Assembly (NCBI GenBank): GCA_036337435.1
Contig: JAYZEG010000001.1
Location: 1 to 64,000 of the forward strand
Origin: Myxococcota bacterium
GTDB lineage: Bacteria > Myxococcota_A > Bradymonadia > UBA7976 > UBA1532
Length of the DNA stretch: 64,000 bases
Direction: 5' to 3'
Shown here: positions 26,082 through 38,028 of the stretch, one piece after another
Layout of the letters: each line of letters begins with the position of its first letter
Numbering within the stretch: the first letter of the stretch is position 1
Made by a program: the position numbers and the translations under genes
Notes under the pieces: generated by a model
Told to the model about the DNA's origin: nothing
Database searches by the model: none
The model's input: only the letters and a program-made list of their open reading frames with translations

Positions 26082-27477
26082 GGGTCGACTCCTCATGTTT
26101 TTGGTAGCCTTCCCAATGAGGGTCAGCTTGAGGCATCACCGCCTTGATTTCCGCGATGGCAATCGCCGGCAGATACTTGAGGAACAGAATGAACAGGAAG
26201 AAGAACAACCCGAAGGACCCGATAAAGGTCGAAATATCGAATATCGTGGGCGTGTAATAGCCCCATGCACTCGGCGTGTAATCTCGATGAAGCGTCGCGA
26301 CAATGACGAAACGCTCGAACCACATACCGATGTTCACAAAAATCGACATGACGAACGTCCACGCCATGTTGGTTCTAATTTTCTTCGACCAAAAGAACTG
26401 CGGCGTGATGACGTTGCAGCTAATCATGATCCAATATGCCCAAGCGAACGGACCGAATGCACGGTTTACGAACGCAAATCCCTCGTACACGCTGCCACTA
26501 TACCAAGCGATAAAAAACTCAGTGGAATAGGCATAACCGACCAAAGTACCCGTCAATAAGATCACCTTATTCATGTTCTCGATGTGTCGCACCGTCATGA
26601 AGTCTTCGAGACCAAAAATTTTGCGACAGGGAACCGCGAGGGTGCACACCATCGCGAACCCAGAGAATATGGCACCGGCAACGAAGTACGGTGGAAAGAT
26701 TGTGGTATGCCAACCGGGAATAATAGACACCGCAAAGTCAAACGAAACGATTGTATGTACGGACAAGACCAACGGTGTTGCCAAACCGGCAAACAACAGA
26801 TAGGCCCGCTCGTAATTGTTCCAATGGCTCGCAGCACCACGCCAACCCACAGCGAATAAACCGTAGGCCCAGTAGCTAATCTTTCCTTTAGCGCGGTCAC
26901 GCAAAGTCGCCAAATCGGGAATGAGCCCCACGTACCAGAAGATGAGTGAGACTGTAAAATAGGTCGATACCGCGAAAACATCCCAGAGAAGTGGGCTACG
27001 GAAATTCGGCCACATACCCATTTGATTGGGCAACGGCAACATCCAATAGGCAGCCCAGACTCGGCCGACGTGGATGCCCGGAAAGACCAAAGCACAGATG
27101 ACTGCAAAAATGGTCATCGCCTCAGCGAAGCGGTTGATGGCTGTACGCCATTTCTGACGAAACAGAAACAAGATCGCCGAGATGAGCGTACCCGCATGGC
27201 CGATACCAACCCAAAACACGAAGTTGACAATGGCCCAGCCCCATCCGACCGGATTGTTCAACCCCCATATGCCGGTGCCTTCCCAGAAAAGGTAGGCAAC
27301 GCTACCACCCAAAACGGCCATGATCGATGCCGAGAGCATGAGCGCGAGTAGCCAATTGACATTGGGCTTCTCTTCGACAACTCGGCATACGGTTTCTGTC
27401 ACTGAGGTAAAGGTATGATTGCCCGCCACAAGCGGCGGCGGGAAAACAGATGCTGCGTTTTTACTTTGCGCTGCCAT
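26074..27477 (-). CDS. actC: Alternative complex III quinol-oxidising NrfD-type subunit ActC
   Basis: [99 protein letters not shown]. Confidence 0.95.
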   Translation of the reverse strand: MAAQSKNAASVFPPPLVAGNHTFTSVTETVCRVVEEKPNVNWLLALMLSASIMAVLGGSVAYLFWEGTGIWGLNNPVGWGWAIVNFVFWVGIGHAGTLISAILFLFRQKWRTAINRFAEAMTIFAVICALVFPGIHVGRVWAAYWMLPLPNQMGMWPNFRSPLLWDVFAVSTYFTVSLIFWYVGLIPDLATLRDRAKGKISYWAYGLFAVGWRGAASHWNNYERAYLLFAGLATPLVLSVHTIVSFDFAVSIIPGWHTTIFPPYFVAGAIFSGFAMVCTLAVPCRKIFGLEDFMTVRHIENMNKVILLTGTLVGYAYSTEFFIAWYSGSVYEGFAFVNRAFGPFAWAYWIMISCNVITPQFFWSKKIRTNMAWTFVMSIFVNIGMWFERFVIVATLHRDYTPSAWGYYTPTIFDISTFIGSFGLFFFLFILFLKYLPAIAIAEIKAVMPQADPHWEGYQKHEESTHG

Positions 27478-27485
27478 AACTCTAT

Positions 27486-30400
27486 CTATCCGCCCTTCTT
27501 CGCACCGAGTGCCGGGTTCACATTACGAACCTTGCCCAGGTAGGTTGTCCGAGGACGGAGGTTTAGTTCCGTCAATAATTGATAATTTCGCACCGAGCTC
27601 CGGGCCACGCTAAATGGCGTCTCAGCTTTGTCATTCAAGTCACCGAAACTGATGCATTTTGAAGCACATACCTGCTGACAGGCGACTTCGAGAGTGCGAA
27701 TCGCTTCCTTACCCTTCTGGGTGTGCCGACCAGCGAGCTTCGACTTGCGTTTCGCCCGGTTGATTCTCTGGACGCAGTAGGTGCACTTCTCCATAACGCC
27801 ACGGAACCTAACCGAGACGTCTGGATTTTTCCACATGTGCGGTAGCTCATTGTCATTGTCGGGGTCGACGATCTTGTCGTCTCGGATCTTAAGACCCTTC
27901 CACTGAGTCGATGAGCTCGCATAGTTGTAAAAATTGAAGCGCCTGACCTTAAACGGGCAGTTGTTCGCGCAGTAGCGCGTCCCGATGCACCGGTTGTAGG
28001 TCATCTCGTTAAGTCCTTCTGGACTGTGACTGGTCGCCTGGACGGGACACACGTTCTCGCATGGTGCCGTCTCACACATCTGGCACGCGAGTGGCTGATG
28101 AACTACGTCGGGGTTGTTTTCATCACCAACGAAGTAACGGTCCATCCGCATCCAGTGCATTTCCCGACCGTAACGCGCTTCCTCTTTACCCACGACGGGA
28201 ACGCTATTTTCGACATCACAGGCGATGAGGCATGCGTTGCAGCCCGTACACTTGTTCAAATCGATAACCATCCCCCATTGATGTGGGGAGTACTTGATGT
28301 CTTTCTTAGATGGGTCGGCTTTGACAGCTTTTGCGTAGTCGTCTGGTCCTAGGTAGGTCGCACCCTGGGTCGGCCCATCATAGAGCTGTCTGAACTGACC
28401 GTCCTCGCCACCACCAGGATAGGTAACGACGTAGTCAGCTTCTTTACCGTCAACAGTTTTCTTCTCGAAAACACCGCCTCTGATGCTTCCGCCGTTTCCG
28501 TCCTTACACTCATCAGGTGGATCGGTCATGCCGGTATAGCAATGAATGATATCACCGTCGCGGGCGAATGTAGGGTCTTTCGCGTATTGGTCCAAGGTCG
28601 CTTCGCGGACTAACGGCCGTTGATTGTAACCGAAGCCCGGCGTCTGACTGCCAAAACGCTGCAAACAGGCGATAGGATACATCTCCCCTTTCTTCGCGAT
28701 GGTTCCACCGGCCGCCATGAACGGGGCCGCCATGGTTCGAAGCGGGTTGACGTCAAAACCGACGACGCCATTGTCGTGATACGGGAGATACCCATTGAAG
28801 TCACGCCCGTAGCCGACAGCAACAGCAACTGTATCGTCAGCCATCCCAGGAACGATCCATGCCGGCATATCGACGCTCTTGCCATTGACCTCGAGGGTAA
28901 TTTTGGTGGTCTCGGTTTTCCCAATGAAGCTGGACGGAGGAATGTTGAGCGCGCGAGCCGTTGTCGGGCTGACGAGTGCTGCATTGTCCCAGACAATCTT
29001 CGTGATTGGGTCCGGTGCCTCCTGCTGGTAGGAATTGTTCGCAAAGCGTCCGTCATGCGTGTTGTAACTGGTGGTGAAAATCACTTCCAAGTTTTTGCTA
29101 GACGCTTTTGTGTCGACAGGTGGCTGCGCCAACAACCCCTTCGCCCCTTTGTGAACTTGTTGGTTGGTCGTCATTGAGGCAACCAATGGCTTTTCCATCT
29201 TGCCGTCGTGGAGCCACTTGCGCCAGATGCGCTCGAAATCTGCATCTTGGAGTGGCTTGGTCTGGCTCAGTTGGGCACGCCAAAGCTTGCGAACTTGACT
29301 ATAGCCATCAACGTTGGGCTCATCGGTGAGCACTCGAGCGAGCAATTCGATGTCGCTCCAAGCACCGTGTAGTGGCTCGATGACAGGCTGCTGAATGGCA
29401 CCAAAGCCAACTTGATCTACCGCATCGCCCCATGCTTCGAGAAAGTGTGCGCGCGGAATCGTCCAGTGAGCATGAGCACTCGTCTCGTCCTCATAATCGG
29501 CGAGTACAATAACGGTCTTCGCTTTTTTGAGCGCATCGCCAAAATTTAAATCTCCCGGCGCCGTGTACACGGGGTTGGAGCCAAATATGACAAGCGTATC
29601 AACCTCGCCCGCATTGAGCTCCTTGGTCAACGCAGCGAGGTTCTTGTAATCGCCTTGGTCGACAGCCTTGCGTGGCCCCCGTACGATATCATCGTAGTAA
29701 TTGACTGGACCCGCAATGGCGTCTAGCGCGACGTTGATGGCCGCAACCACATTGTGCACCAGGGCTGGCTGCCGAGGACCGACAACGACGACGCCGTGAG
29801 TCGCTTGGCCAACCCGAGGTTCGTTTGCGACAAGATCTTTTGCCACCACGGCTGCGAATGCCTTTGCATCTTCGCCGAGATTTTTTGTGCGCGCCGGAGC
29901 AGCCTTTAAGATATCCGTTGGGATTGGCTTACCGTCTTTCCGCAGCTCAAGAGCGATCTGAAAGGCAAATGCTTCGATCTCGCTGTGCTTCAAACGAAGT
30001 CGATGGTCGGCATTTGAGCCGGTCAAGCTCATGATGGGCTCAACAGAATACAGCCGACTCATTTGCCCGCGATATTTATCAGGGTCTCTGAGGCTCGCCC
30101 AATCAGCCGTCATGGCGACGCTGCGCGCTTCAGTGCCCATAAAATCGCTGTCCAGAGCAAGGATAGCGCGAGCCATGCTTAGGTTATAAACGGCTGTGCG
30201 CGGCGCACCAAAGGCTGCTTTGAGTCCCTCTCGCTCATTATCGCTGCTTATGGCCTCGAACGTGTACCATTTTGAGCCACGATAGCGTTCATCAATGGCG
30301 CGCTCGGCCAGTGATTGAAATGTCCAAGACGGGTTGGCACCCGATAGAAATCGTAAGCCTCGCCCGGACCTTTTCTGAAAATGAGATTTGATGAAAGCAG

Positions 30401-30878
30401 CGGTCGCCTCCCAAGTCTGGGGCAATTTCCCCTTCTTGGGCACGGTCGCTCGCTTCGGATCATAGAGATCTAAGACGAGTGTTTGGTGAAGCCCGGATGT
30501 CCCGCCTCGACTGGCGGGGTGCTCGAGATTCCCCTCGATTTTCGTCGGCCGCCCATCATGGGCCTCAACGACCAAGCCCATGACGTCCCCAGCGATATGA
30601 GTTACCGTCGCGTACTTATTGGGTACACCGGGTAGAATGTCTTCAGGCATTTTACTGTATGGCATGATGTTTTCGACCGGCCGTCGAATGCAGCCTGCCA
30701 TACTCGCCATGGCGGCAGACGCGCCCATGATGCCCATAAAGTGGCGTCGCGTCTGGCCCGTGTGTTCTTTCGACTCAAGCTCTGTTGCAAATTCGTCGTC
30801 CAATTCAGACGGACTTTCTGCACTGCGCACCTCATTTAAGTGCTGCCAAAACTTCCGTGGGTCGCTGTTGGTACTCAT
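27486..30878 (-). CDS. actB: Alternative complex III subunit ActB (molybdopterin-oxidoreductase-like domain plus Fe-S domain)
   Basis: TAT motif TRRHFMG with lipobox-like [34 protein letters not shown]; Fe-S motifs [52 protein letters not shown] at 30878 overlaps the actA stop. Confidence 0.93.
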   Translation of the reverse strand: MSTNSDPRKFWQHLNEVRSAESPSELDDEFATELESKEHTGQTRRHFMGIMGASAAMASMAGCIRRPVENIMPYSKMPEDILPGVPNKYATVTHIAGDVMGLVVEAHDGRPTKIEGNLEHPASRGGTSGLHQTLVLDLYDPKRATVPKKGKLPQTWEATAAFIKSHFQKRSGRGLRFLSGANPSWTFQSLAERAIDERYRGSKWYTFEAISSDNEREGLKAAFGAPRTAVYNLSMARAILALDSDFMGTEARSVAMTADWASLRDPDKYRGQMSRLYSVEPIMSLTGSNADHRLRLKHSEIEAFAFQIALELRKDGKPIPTDILKAAPARTKNLGEDAKAFAAVVAKDLVANEPRVGQATHGVVVVGPRQPALVHNVVAAINVALDAIAGPVNYYDDIVRGPRKAVDQGDYKNLAALTKELNAGEVDTLVIFGSNPVYTAPGDLNFGDALKKAKTVIVLADYEDETSAHAHWTIPRAHFLEAWGDAVDQVGFGAIQQPVIEPLHGAWSDIELLARVLTDEPNVDGYSQVRKLWRAQLSQTKPLQDADFERIWRKWLHDGKMEKPLVASMTTNQQVHKGAKGLLAQPPVDTKASSKNLEVIFTTSYNTHDGRFANNSYQQEAPDPITKIVWDNAALVSPTTARALNIPPSSFIGKTETTKITLEVNGKSVDMPAWIVPGMADDTVAVAVGYGRDFNGYLPYHDNGVVGFDVNPLRTMAAPFMAAGGTIAKKGEMYPIACLQRFGSQTPGFGYNQRPLVREATLDQYAKDPTFARDGDIIHCYTGMTDPPDECKDGNGGSIRGGVFEKKTVDGKEADYVVTYPGGGEDGQFRQLYDGPTQGATYLGPDDYAKAVKADPSKKDIKYSPHQWGMVIDLNKCTGCNACLIACDVENSVPVVGKEEARYGREMHWMRMDRYFVGDENNPDVVHQPLACQMCETAPCENVCPVQATSHSPEGLNEMTYNRCIGTRYCANNCPFKVRRFNFYNYASSSTQWKGLKIRDDKIVDPDNDNELPHMWKNPDVSVRFRGVMEKCTYCVQRINRAKRKSKLAGRHTQKGKEAIRTLEVACQQVCASKCISFGDLNDKAETPFSVARSSVRNYQLLTELNLRPRTTYLGKVRNVNPALGAKKGG

Positions 30879-31546
30879 CGGTGACACCCCGAACAATGAA
30901 TGGGTGGGTTGACTTCTTTGGCGATCAGTTCTTTGTCGCCGGGGCTTGGCTTATAGCCCATGACGGTCACTTTGTCTTTAGGCCGCAGATGTTGCTCGGG
31001 TGCGTTATGGCACTCCAAACACCAGCCCATACTCAGTGGCTGTGACTGCCAAACTTCGACCATCTGGTCAATCCGCCCGTGACACGATTCACAGCCGACG
31101 CCTACTTGGACGTGCGCAGAGTGATCGAAATAGGCGTAATCGGCGATCTTGTGAACGCGGACCCAAGGAATCGATTCGCCGGTTTTCCAACTCTGGCGTA
31201 CCATTTCGAGTTTGGGCGATTTGGTTTTGACTGCATTGTGGCAATTCATGCACGTCTGTGTGGGTGGCACACCGGCCCATGGGGTTTTCTCCACGGAGGT
31301 ATGGCAATATCGGCAGTCGATCTTCAACTCACCGGCGTGCAGCTTATGGCTATAGTGTACCGGTTGTTCCGGCATATACCCTACGTCAGTAAACTTCGGC
31401 GAGAAGTAGTACCAGACGCCGCCAATCGCAAGAAGCGTGACCACAGGACCAACCACCAAAAAGAAAATGGGCGGTATAATGTTGTGCCACGAGGGAAACG
31501 TTAAGAGCTCGTCGTCCCGATCGGACTCGTGCTTATCGTTGCTCAT
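30875..31546 (-). CDS. actA: Alternative complex III pentahaem cytochrome c ActA
   Basis: One N-terminal TM; GYMPEQPV.YSHKLHAG; five CxxCH motifs (CRYCH, CMNCH, CESCH, CLECH, CSGCH). Confidence 0.93.
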   Translation of the reverse strand: MSNDKHESDRDDELLTFPSWHNIIPPIFFLVVGPVVTLLAIGGVWYYFSPKFTDVGYMPEQPVHYSHKLHAGELKIDCRYCHTSVEKTPWAGVPPTQTCMNCHNAVKTKSPKLEMVRQSWKTGESIPWVRVHKIADYAYFDHSAHVQVGVGCESCHGRIDQMVEVWQSQPLSMGWCLECHNAPEQHLRPKDKVTVMGYKPSPGDKELIAKEVNPPIHCSGCHR

Positions 31547-31575
31547 ATGTTCGGCAACCTCTCAAGCATCCAGGG

Positions 31576-31637
31576 GCCCACCATCCGAAGGGGCGGGCTG
31601 ATTTTAACCAATGAAACGACCTCCCCGGCAGGTCGTA
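31576..31637 (-). promoter_or_regulatory. Two hairpins in the actA leader
   Basis: Minus strand GCCCGCC-cC(UUCG)Gau-GGUGGGC (31598-31576); ACGACCT/AGGTCGT inverted repeat at about 31616-31637. Confidence 0.3.
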
Positions 31638-32008
31638 TGATTCGTCCCAGTGCAACTTTTCTTAAGCTGCCGTCATCTAGGCGCGGAATATCATTCGGTA
31701 TCGGTTAAGTCCAATACTTTCACCGATCAGATCTGCATATTTCGATCGAGAATGAGGCTATCGTGCTCAAATATAAGGACCAATTGCAGAATTTCGAAAC
31801 GCAAAGACTGGGAAAAAAATGTGGCCCGCGAGACGAAGTTTTTGACCAACTGAGACGGTGAACAGGTGTAAATCTAGACAAAAAAGACCCTTTGCTCATG
31901 TGGATCGGGTCATCGGGTATTTGGATCTTGGAACTTTCCATCAGTAGATCTAAGCTCTAGAGCGGGTCGAGGCTTGCTGAGAAGGCATCGCTACTCGCGG
32001 GGGGATTA

Positions 32009-35000
32009 ATGAAGAGGACGCTGAACGAAAAACAAACCTTACCCGTACGGTTTATCACCGCGGCGAGTTTATTCGATGGGCACGACGCAGCAATCAACAT
32101 CATGCGGCGGGTTTTGCAAGCTCGTGGGGCCGAAGTCATTCATTTGGGACACGACCGTGCAGTGCACGATGTCGTAAACGCCGCCGTCCAGGAAGATGCC
32201 CACGGAATCGCCGTCTCCTCCTATCAGGGCGGTCACGTTGAATACTTCACCTACATGGTCCAACAGCTCGCAGCGGCTGGACGAAGTGACGTCGGAATTT
32301 TCGGTGGCGGTGGCGGCACCATCACGGACAAAGAAATCCAACTACTCCACTCCCGTGGCGTCGCACGACTCTATTCCGTCGAAGACGGTCGTCAGCTCGG
32401 TCTGGAAGGGATGATCGATGATATGATCGACCGCGCAAACCGACCCTTGACAACCACAGCCGGAACGCTGCCGGAAGACTTTGAGATGGGTAAACCGAGT
32501 GCCGTGGCCCGAGCCATCACATTGATCGAAAATGCGCATGCCCTTGGAGACGTGGACAAACTGGATACCCTGAAAGCCCAGTTTACTCCGTCGGAGGCAA
32601 CACCGGTGCTCGGAATCACCGGCGTCGGAGGCGCAGGAAAGTCGTCACTCACGGATGAATTGATCCGACGCTTTTTGGATGCTTATCCTGACAAACGATT
32701 TGCCGTCTTATCCGTTGACCCCAGCCGCAGGCGGTCCGGCGGTGCACTGTTGGGCGATCGGATTCGAATGAACAGCACAACCGACCCACGCGTTTACATG
32801 CGGTCCATGGCGACGCGTCAAGCGAACGTCTCGGTTCCGGAGGCCGTTCGGGATGTATTGGCCGTGCTCAAATCCTGTGTCTATGACCTGGTCATCCTGG
32901 AAACCGCAGGGATTGGCCAGAGCGGGTCTGAAGTGATCGATCTATCGGATCTATCACTCTACGTCATGACGCCCGAGTACGGCGCTCCGAGTCAGCTTGA
33001 AAAAATTGATATGTTGGATTTCGCCGATGTCATCGCAATCAATAAAGCAGACAAACGCGGTGCGGATGATGCGCTCCGCTACGTCCGAAAACAAGTGCAG
33101 CGCAATCGAAACGCTTTTAGCGAACCACCGGACTCCATGCCGGTCTACAAATGTATGGCAAGCCGATTTGGGGATGCCGGCGTCGATCATTTATTCGCTG
33201 CTCTCAATGCCCATCTGAATGAACGCTGTGCAGGGGACTGGGTGTCATCCGCTCAGCCGGAACGCGCACCATCTCTGGCCACAGTGGTTCCGCCTGAACG
33301 GATACGCTATCTGTCTGAGGTTGCCGATGAAATTCGCAACTATAAAAAGGTGACGGCTCAGAAAGTTGAGATTGCCGCTCGGGCAGATGGGCTGTATCGC
33401 AGTCTCCTCGCCCTCGGTGTCAGCCTTGAGAAATGTGCGACGACTGTTGATACGCAAATCGATGACCCAGTCGTTCAGAGACTCGCTGAGGTCTATGAAC
33501 AAGCGATACAGGATCTTTCCGATGCCGATCGCGACGGCATACAAACCATGGACCAAACCCGCACCCGCTATGAAGCACCACTGATGACCTATGAAATTCG
33601 TGGCCGAACCATCAGTGTCGATAATTACTCCGAGAGCTTATCGGGCAATCAAATCCCCAAAGTGGCACTTCCGGTGTCACAAGATTGGGGGGAAATATTG
33701 AAGTGGCGGCGCTTGGAGAATATACCCGGGGCGTTTCCTTTCACCGCGGGCGTGTTCCCATTCAAGCGAACCGGAGAAGATCCCACGAGAATGTTTGCTG
33801 GTGAAGGTCACCCTGAACGCACCAACCACCGATTTCATTATTTATCGAAAGGTCAACCAGCTGCGCGTTTATCGACCGCATTCGACTCGGTCACTCTCTA
33901 CGGACGAGACCCAGCGAAGCGACCCGACATCTATGGCAAAGTGGGCAATTCGGGGGTCAGTGTCGCCACTTTGGACGATGCCAAACGCTTGTATTCGGGC
34001 TTCGACTTGACCGCACCCAGTACGAGCGTGTCGATGACGATCAATGGGCCTGCCCCAATGTTGCTGGCTATGTTTTTGAATACCGCAATTGACCAAGCGA
34101 TCGAGACCCGCCTCAAGGAGACCGGCCGATGGGCGGACGCGCAAGCGGCGATTCGCGAACTGGCACCGGACCAACCGATCTATCGGATGGACTTACCGCC
34201 GACACACGATGGCACTGGTCTCGGCTTGCTCGGCGTATCAGGCTGCCAGCTCGTCGACGAAGCAGAATATGCGGAGGTCCGTGCTGCAACGTTGGCCTCG
34301 GTTCGCGGCACCGTACAGGCAGACATATTAAAGGAAGACCAAGCACAGAATACGTGCATTTTCTCCACGGATTTCGCGTTAAAAATGATGGGGGATATCC
34401 AGGCTTATTTCATCGAGAACAAGATCCGTAATTTTTACAGTGTATCGATCAGCGGCTATCACATCGCCGAAGCCGGTGCGAACCCCATAACCCAGCTCGC
34501 CTTTACTCTGGCCAACGGCCTGACCTTCGTGGAGTACTACAAATCGCGCGGCATGGACATCGACGACTTTGCGCGCAATCTGTCCTTCTTTTTCTCAAAT
34601 GGGATCGACCCAGAGTACGCCGTGATTGGGCGGGTTGCCAGACGCATATGGGCGATCGCGCTGCGTGACTTGTATGGTGCTGGGGAAAGAAGCCAGAAAC
34701 TCAAATATCATATTCAAACGTCTGGTCGATCTTTGCATGCTCAAGAAATAGACTTCAACGACATCAGGACGACCTTACAGGCACTTTATGCCATCGCGGA
34801 CAACTGCAATAGCCTACATACGAATGCCTACGATGAAGCGATTACCACACCCACGGAGGCGTCTGTGCGCCGGGCTGTCGCGATTCAATTAATTATCAAT
34901 CGGGAACTCGGATTGATGAAAAACGAAAATCCCTTCCAGGGTGCTTATTTCGTCGAGCATTTGACCAATTTGGTCGAAGACGCTGTCTTGGCCGAATTTG

Positions 35001-35404
35001 ACCGAATCACCGAACGTGGTGGCGTGCTCGGGGCAATGGAAATGATGTATCAGCGCAGTAAGATTCAAGAAGAATCGATGACCTACGAGCAACAAAAACA
35101 TTCCGGTCAATTGCCCATTATCGGTGTCAACACATTCCTGCCGGACCAACCGAGTGAGGGCGTCATTGAGGTCGACCTAATTCGAGCGACCGAATCTGAA
35201 AAAGAGGCACAAATCACTGGAGTTGACGGCTTTCGGACCCGATATCCGGAGAAGAACCTCCAAGCCTTAGAGCAGTTACGACATGCTGCACTCTCCGGTG
35301 ATAATGTCTTCGCTGCCCTGATGGAGACAGTGAAGTGGTGTTCTTTGGGGCAAATCAGCGACTGTTTGTTTGCTGTGGGCGGTCAATATCGGCGAAACAT
35401 GTGA
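32009..35404 (+). CDS. icmF: Fused isobutyryl-CoA mutase / MeaI GTPase chaperone (B12-dependent)
   Basis: N-terminal B12-binding [13 protein letters not shown]; GTPase [24 protein letters not shown]; mutase [11 protein letters not shown] (Phe typical of ICM), [27 protein letters not shown]; ends GGQYRRNM. Confidence 0.95.
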   Translation: MKRTLNEKQTLPVRFITAASLFDGHDAAINIMRRVLQARGAEVIHLGHDRAVHDVVNAAVQEDAHGIAVSSYQGGHVEYFTYMVQQLAAAGRSDVGIFGGGGGTITDKEIQLLHSRGVARLYSVEDGRQLGLEGMIDDMIDRANRPLTTTAGTLPEDFEMGKPSAVARAITLIENAHALGDVDKLDTLKAQFTPSEATPVLGITGVGGAGKSSLTDELIRRFLDAYPDKRFAVLSVDPSRRRSGGALLGDRIRMNSTTDPRVYMRSMATRQANVSVPEAVRDVLAVLKSCVYDLVILETAGIGQSGSEVIDLSDLSLYVMTPEYGAPSQLEKIDMLDFADVIAINKADKRGADDALRYVRKQVQRNRNAFSEPPDSMPVYKCMASRFGDAGVDHLFAALNAHLNERCAGDWVSSAQPERAPSLATVVPPERIRYLSEVADEIRNYKKVTAQKVEIAARADGLYRSLLALGVSLEKCATTVDTQIDDPVVQRLAEVYEQAIQDLSDADRDGIQTMDQTRTRYEAPLMTYEIRGRTISVDNYSESLSGNQIPKVALPVSQDWGEILKWRRLENIPGAFPFTAGVFPFKRTGEDPTRMFAGEGHPERTNHRFHYLSKGQPAARLSTAFDSVTLYGRDPAKRPDIYGKVGNSGVSVATLDDAKRLYSGFDLTAPSTSVSMTINGPAPMLLAMFLNTAIDQAIETRLKETGRWADAQAAIRELAPDQPIYRMDLPPTHDGTGLGLLGVSGCQLVDEAEYAEVRAATLASVRGTVQADILKEDQAQNTCIFSTDFALKMMGDIQAYFIENKIRNFYSVSISGYHIAEAGANPITQLAFTLANGLTFVEYYKSRGMDIDDFARNLSFFFSNGIDPEYAVIGRVARRIWAIALRDLYGAGERSQKLKYHIQTSGRSLHAQEIDFNDIRTTLQALYAIADNCNSLHTNAYDEAITTPTEASVRRAVAIQLIINRELGLMKNENPFQGAYFVEHLTNLVEDAVLAEFDRITERGGVLGAMEMMYQRSKIQEESMTYEQQKHSGQLPIIGVNTFLPDQPSEGVIEVDLIRATESEKEAQITGVDGFRTRYPEKNLQALEQLRHAALSGDNVFAALMETVKWCSLGQISDCLFAVGGQYRRNM

Positions 35405-35658
35405 CTGCGATGAAATTATCGACGCCATTACAACTTGTGTACTTTGGGATTGCCTTTACCAGCGCCTGCACGCTCGTGATGTTCGCCTTGTCGTTCATCC
35501 GACCCTTACTCGATGAATCGACACCGACTGCCGTGAGGGTCATTTGTATGGTCAGTCCGCTCTTGATTTCGATTCCTTACGGACTCCGCGTCGTCAAGGT
35601 GGCGAAGCGAGACCAATTACGCCTTGGTTCAGCTCTGATCAAAGCGTTGAAGAGATGA
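35401..35658 (+). CDS. Small two-TM membrane protein, translationally coupled between icmF and the amidase
   Basis: GTG at 35401 overlaps the icmF stop (alternative ATG 35410); its TGA overlaps the amidase ATG; two hydrophobic helices and a basic tail. Confidence 0.6.
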   Translation: MTAMKLSTPLQLVYFGIAFTSACTLVMFALSFIRPLLDESTPTAVRVICMVSPLLISIPYGLRVVKVAKRDQLRLGSALIKALKR

Positions 35659-37349
35659 GCGATGATTATCAACTTGACGCACTCTCGGCGCCGAGAACGG
35701 CCGGTCGATTGCTCAAGATAGCGGCGGCTTTGGTGGAAACGCGATGGCCCGGTGATTGGATCGCAAATCGCTTCTTGAATGACGTAGGCATCCAACGACT
35801 TCGAGATATTGACTGCAGCGACCCACTGCCCGCTGTCCACCCCATCTTCGGCGATGCCCACAATCCATCCATTGACACAACACCGTTGGCGAACACATCG
35901 ACCCACAACGGAGATGCGCATCCAGGCATTGGAGCGGCAGATTTCAGACGGGCTTATCTCGACGGAACAACGTCGCCGTTGAAGGTGGCGGAGCGAATCA
36001 TCAGCACCGGTGTGGAGCCCGACTTGAGACCATCGCTCAATGCCATCGTCGCCCTTGACCAAGATGACCTCTATCATCAGGCTCGCTTATCGACCCAAAG
36101 ATACGAGCAAAATCGCTCTCTTGGCCCCTTGGACGGCGTACCCATAGGCGTAAAAGATGAGCTGGACCTAGCCGGCTACAGAACCCGAGTTGGAACCTGT
36201 TTTTTAGGTCTTAAGCCTGCCCTTACTGATGCAACACCCGTCGCACGCTTGCGCAGTGCAGGGGCTCTGCTCATCGGGAAATTAAACATGCATGAGATCG
36301 GGATCGGCGTCACGGGCATTAATCCCCACCATGGCACCGCGAGAAATCCATATGATCGGCAAAGACTGACCGGGGGCTCGTCCAGCGGTAGCGGTGCTGC
36401 CGTCGCGGCCGGCTTATGCCCCATCGCTGTTGGTGCAGATGGTGGCGGTTCAATTCGAATACCGGCGTCATTTTGTGGCGTCGTAGGGCTCAAGCCAACC
36501 TATGGTCGAGTAAGCGAGATGGGTGCTGCTCCGCTCTGTTGGTCCGTCGCGCACGTTGGTCCATTGGGATTGAATGTATCAGATGTCGCAGCGGCCTATT
36601 CGGTCATGAGCGGTCCCGACCCAGCGGACATCAATACGATGTTCCAACCTGAGGTTGAACATAACTTTGCGGCTCCAGAACGCCTTGATGGGCTTAAAGT
36701 TGGCGTTTATGACCCATTTTTCACAGACGCAGATCCAGACGTGGTCAACATCTGTCAGCGCGCCCTCGACAAAGCTGTGCAATTGGGCGCCCAACGACAT
36801 ACGATCTCTATTTCGAACTTGGATGTGCTGCGAACGGCGCACATGGTAACCATCGTCAGCGAGATGCTGACATCTATGGGACCCCATCTCAAGGCACATA
36901 AACGGAAATTCGGTTACGATGTACGCCTTAATCTCGCCATCGCTCAGCGAATTCGAAATAGCGACTATGTCAAGGCACAGCGATTGCGTGTGGGCATTTA
37001 TCGAGAGTTCAAAAAACTCTACGAATCAGTGGATATCATCGCGATGCCGACCACGGCTTGCACAGCCCCCCACTTGCGCGCCGATGCGCTCGAGACGGGC
37101 GACTCCGACCTGGCCCTTCTCGATAAGGTCATGCGCTTCTCACCGATAGCAAACTTAACTGGTTTGCCCAGCATTAGCCTCCCGGTCGGTTACGACCAGC
37201 AAGGTCTCCCCGTTGGCCTTCAACTGATGGGCGCCCCGTGGACGGAAAGTAAATTGTTGAGGATTGCAGGGGCGATTGAGACCCATAGTGAACGTCGTTT
37301 ACCCAAAGACTACGTCGACTTAATCAGCCCAAGATCCGGTCCCCGCTAA
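35655..37349 (+). CDS. Amidase-signature hydrolase, fatty-acid amide hydrolase-like
   Basis: GVPIGVKD (catalytic Lys), GKLNMHEIG, TGGSSSGSG, GADGGGSIRIPA (Ser-cisSer-Lys triad), LPVGLQL. ATG at 35655. Confidence 0.88.
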   Translation: MSDDYQLDALSAPRTAGRLLKIAAALVETRWPGDWIANRFLNDVGIQRLRDIDCSDPLPAVHPIFGDAHNPSIDTTPLANTSTHNGDAHPGIGAADFRRAYLDGTTSPLKVAERIISTGVEPDLRPSLNAIVALDQDDLYHQARLSTQRYEQNRSLGPLDGVPIGVKDELDLAGYRTRVGTCFLGLKPALTDATPVARLRSAGALLIGKLNMHEIGIGVTGINPHHGTARNPYDRQRLTGGSSSGSGAAVAAGLCPIAVGADGGGSIRIPASFCGVVGLKPTYGRVSEMGAAPLCWSVAHVGPLGLNVSDVAAAYSVMSGPDPADINTMFQPEVEHNFAAPERLDGLKVGVYDPFFTDADPDVVNICQRALDKAVQLGAQRHTISISNLDVLRTAHMVTIVSEMLTSMGPHLKAHKRKFGYDVRLNLAIAQRIRNSDYVKAQRLRVGIYREFKKLYESVDIIAMPTTACTAPHLRADALETGDSDLALLDKVMRFSPIANLTGLPSISLPVGYDQQGLPVGLQLMGAPWTESKLLRIAGAIETHSERRLPKDYVDLISPRSGPR

Positions 37350-37359
37350 ACGCTGTGAA

Positions 37360-37450
37360 ATATCAGATTAAGCTTAATAAAAAAATAAAAATAAGAATAA
37401 TTTCATTAACTTAAGATTAAACCTTTCGGTTCCCTAAAGATTTATCAAAA
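37360..37450. promoter_or_regulatory. Very AT-rich intergenic segment with a palindrome and TTAA repeats
   Basis: Perfect palindrome ATTAAGCTTAAT (37367-37378), A-tracts at about 37379-37400, TTAA at 37406, 37411 and 37417. Confidence 0.5.
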
Positions 37451-37455
37451 GAGGG

Positions 37456-37866
37456 ATGTACAAGCGGATAAAAGTGTGGATAATAGGGCGCGAAAATCGC
37501 ACTTACACCTACACAGGGGACAAAGTGGGCAAAACCACCACCGCACAAACAGTCGATGTCGTTGAGACCACGGACTTGACCGAGTCTAGAAACCAATTGA
37601 TGAGACGTGAGTTACCCCGATTGAGAGACCTGACGACGCTCACCGCTGACCGGTCCGTGGATGATATCTTCGAGATTACGGATGGGCGTGATGCCGAGGA
37701 AGACTTAACCATCGGCCCGTATAATGCGGCGGCCCTAGCGGGACGAGCACTCGACTTGGGTGCCGGCGTTTCACAAGACTACCTGGATGGATTCGTGGCC
37801 GGCCTTAAAGATTTGCATAACCTCTCCAGATTGCCGGAGCCCCGTCGCCGTAAGCGTCGCAAGTAG
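37456..37866 (+). CDS. Hypothetical small protein with a basic C-terminal tail
   Basis: Fills the gap between genes; ends PEPRRRKRRK. Alternative GTG start at 37525 follows a better-spaced AGGGGA. Confidence 0.6.
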   Translation: MYKRIKVWIIGRENRTYTYTGDKVGKTTTAQTVDVVETTDLTESRNQLMRRELPRLRDLTTLTADRSVDDIFEITDGRDAEEDLTIGPYNAAALAGRALDLGAGVSQDYLDGFVAGLKDLHNLSRLPEPRRRKRRK

Positions 37867-38028
37867 TCACCCCAGCACCAAACCCACATTTCCCTGACCC
37901 ACGTCCGGATACCCTGTTAATTTGATATCGACAGCGTCGATGGCAGAGGAGACTTTGAAGTATACGTCAATTCGGTTAGAGGTCGTCTAAATCCACTGTG
38001 TCGCGGGTGAATGTTTAAGGGGTGCTCA

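Noticed and set aside
31800..31900. Cobalamin riboswitch upstream of icmF (ACTGGGAA and GGTGTAAATC fragments)
   Set aside because: Fragments are in the wrong order and lack the paired stems and the CCCGCxACTGT / B12-box context.
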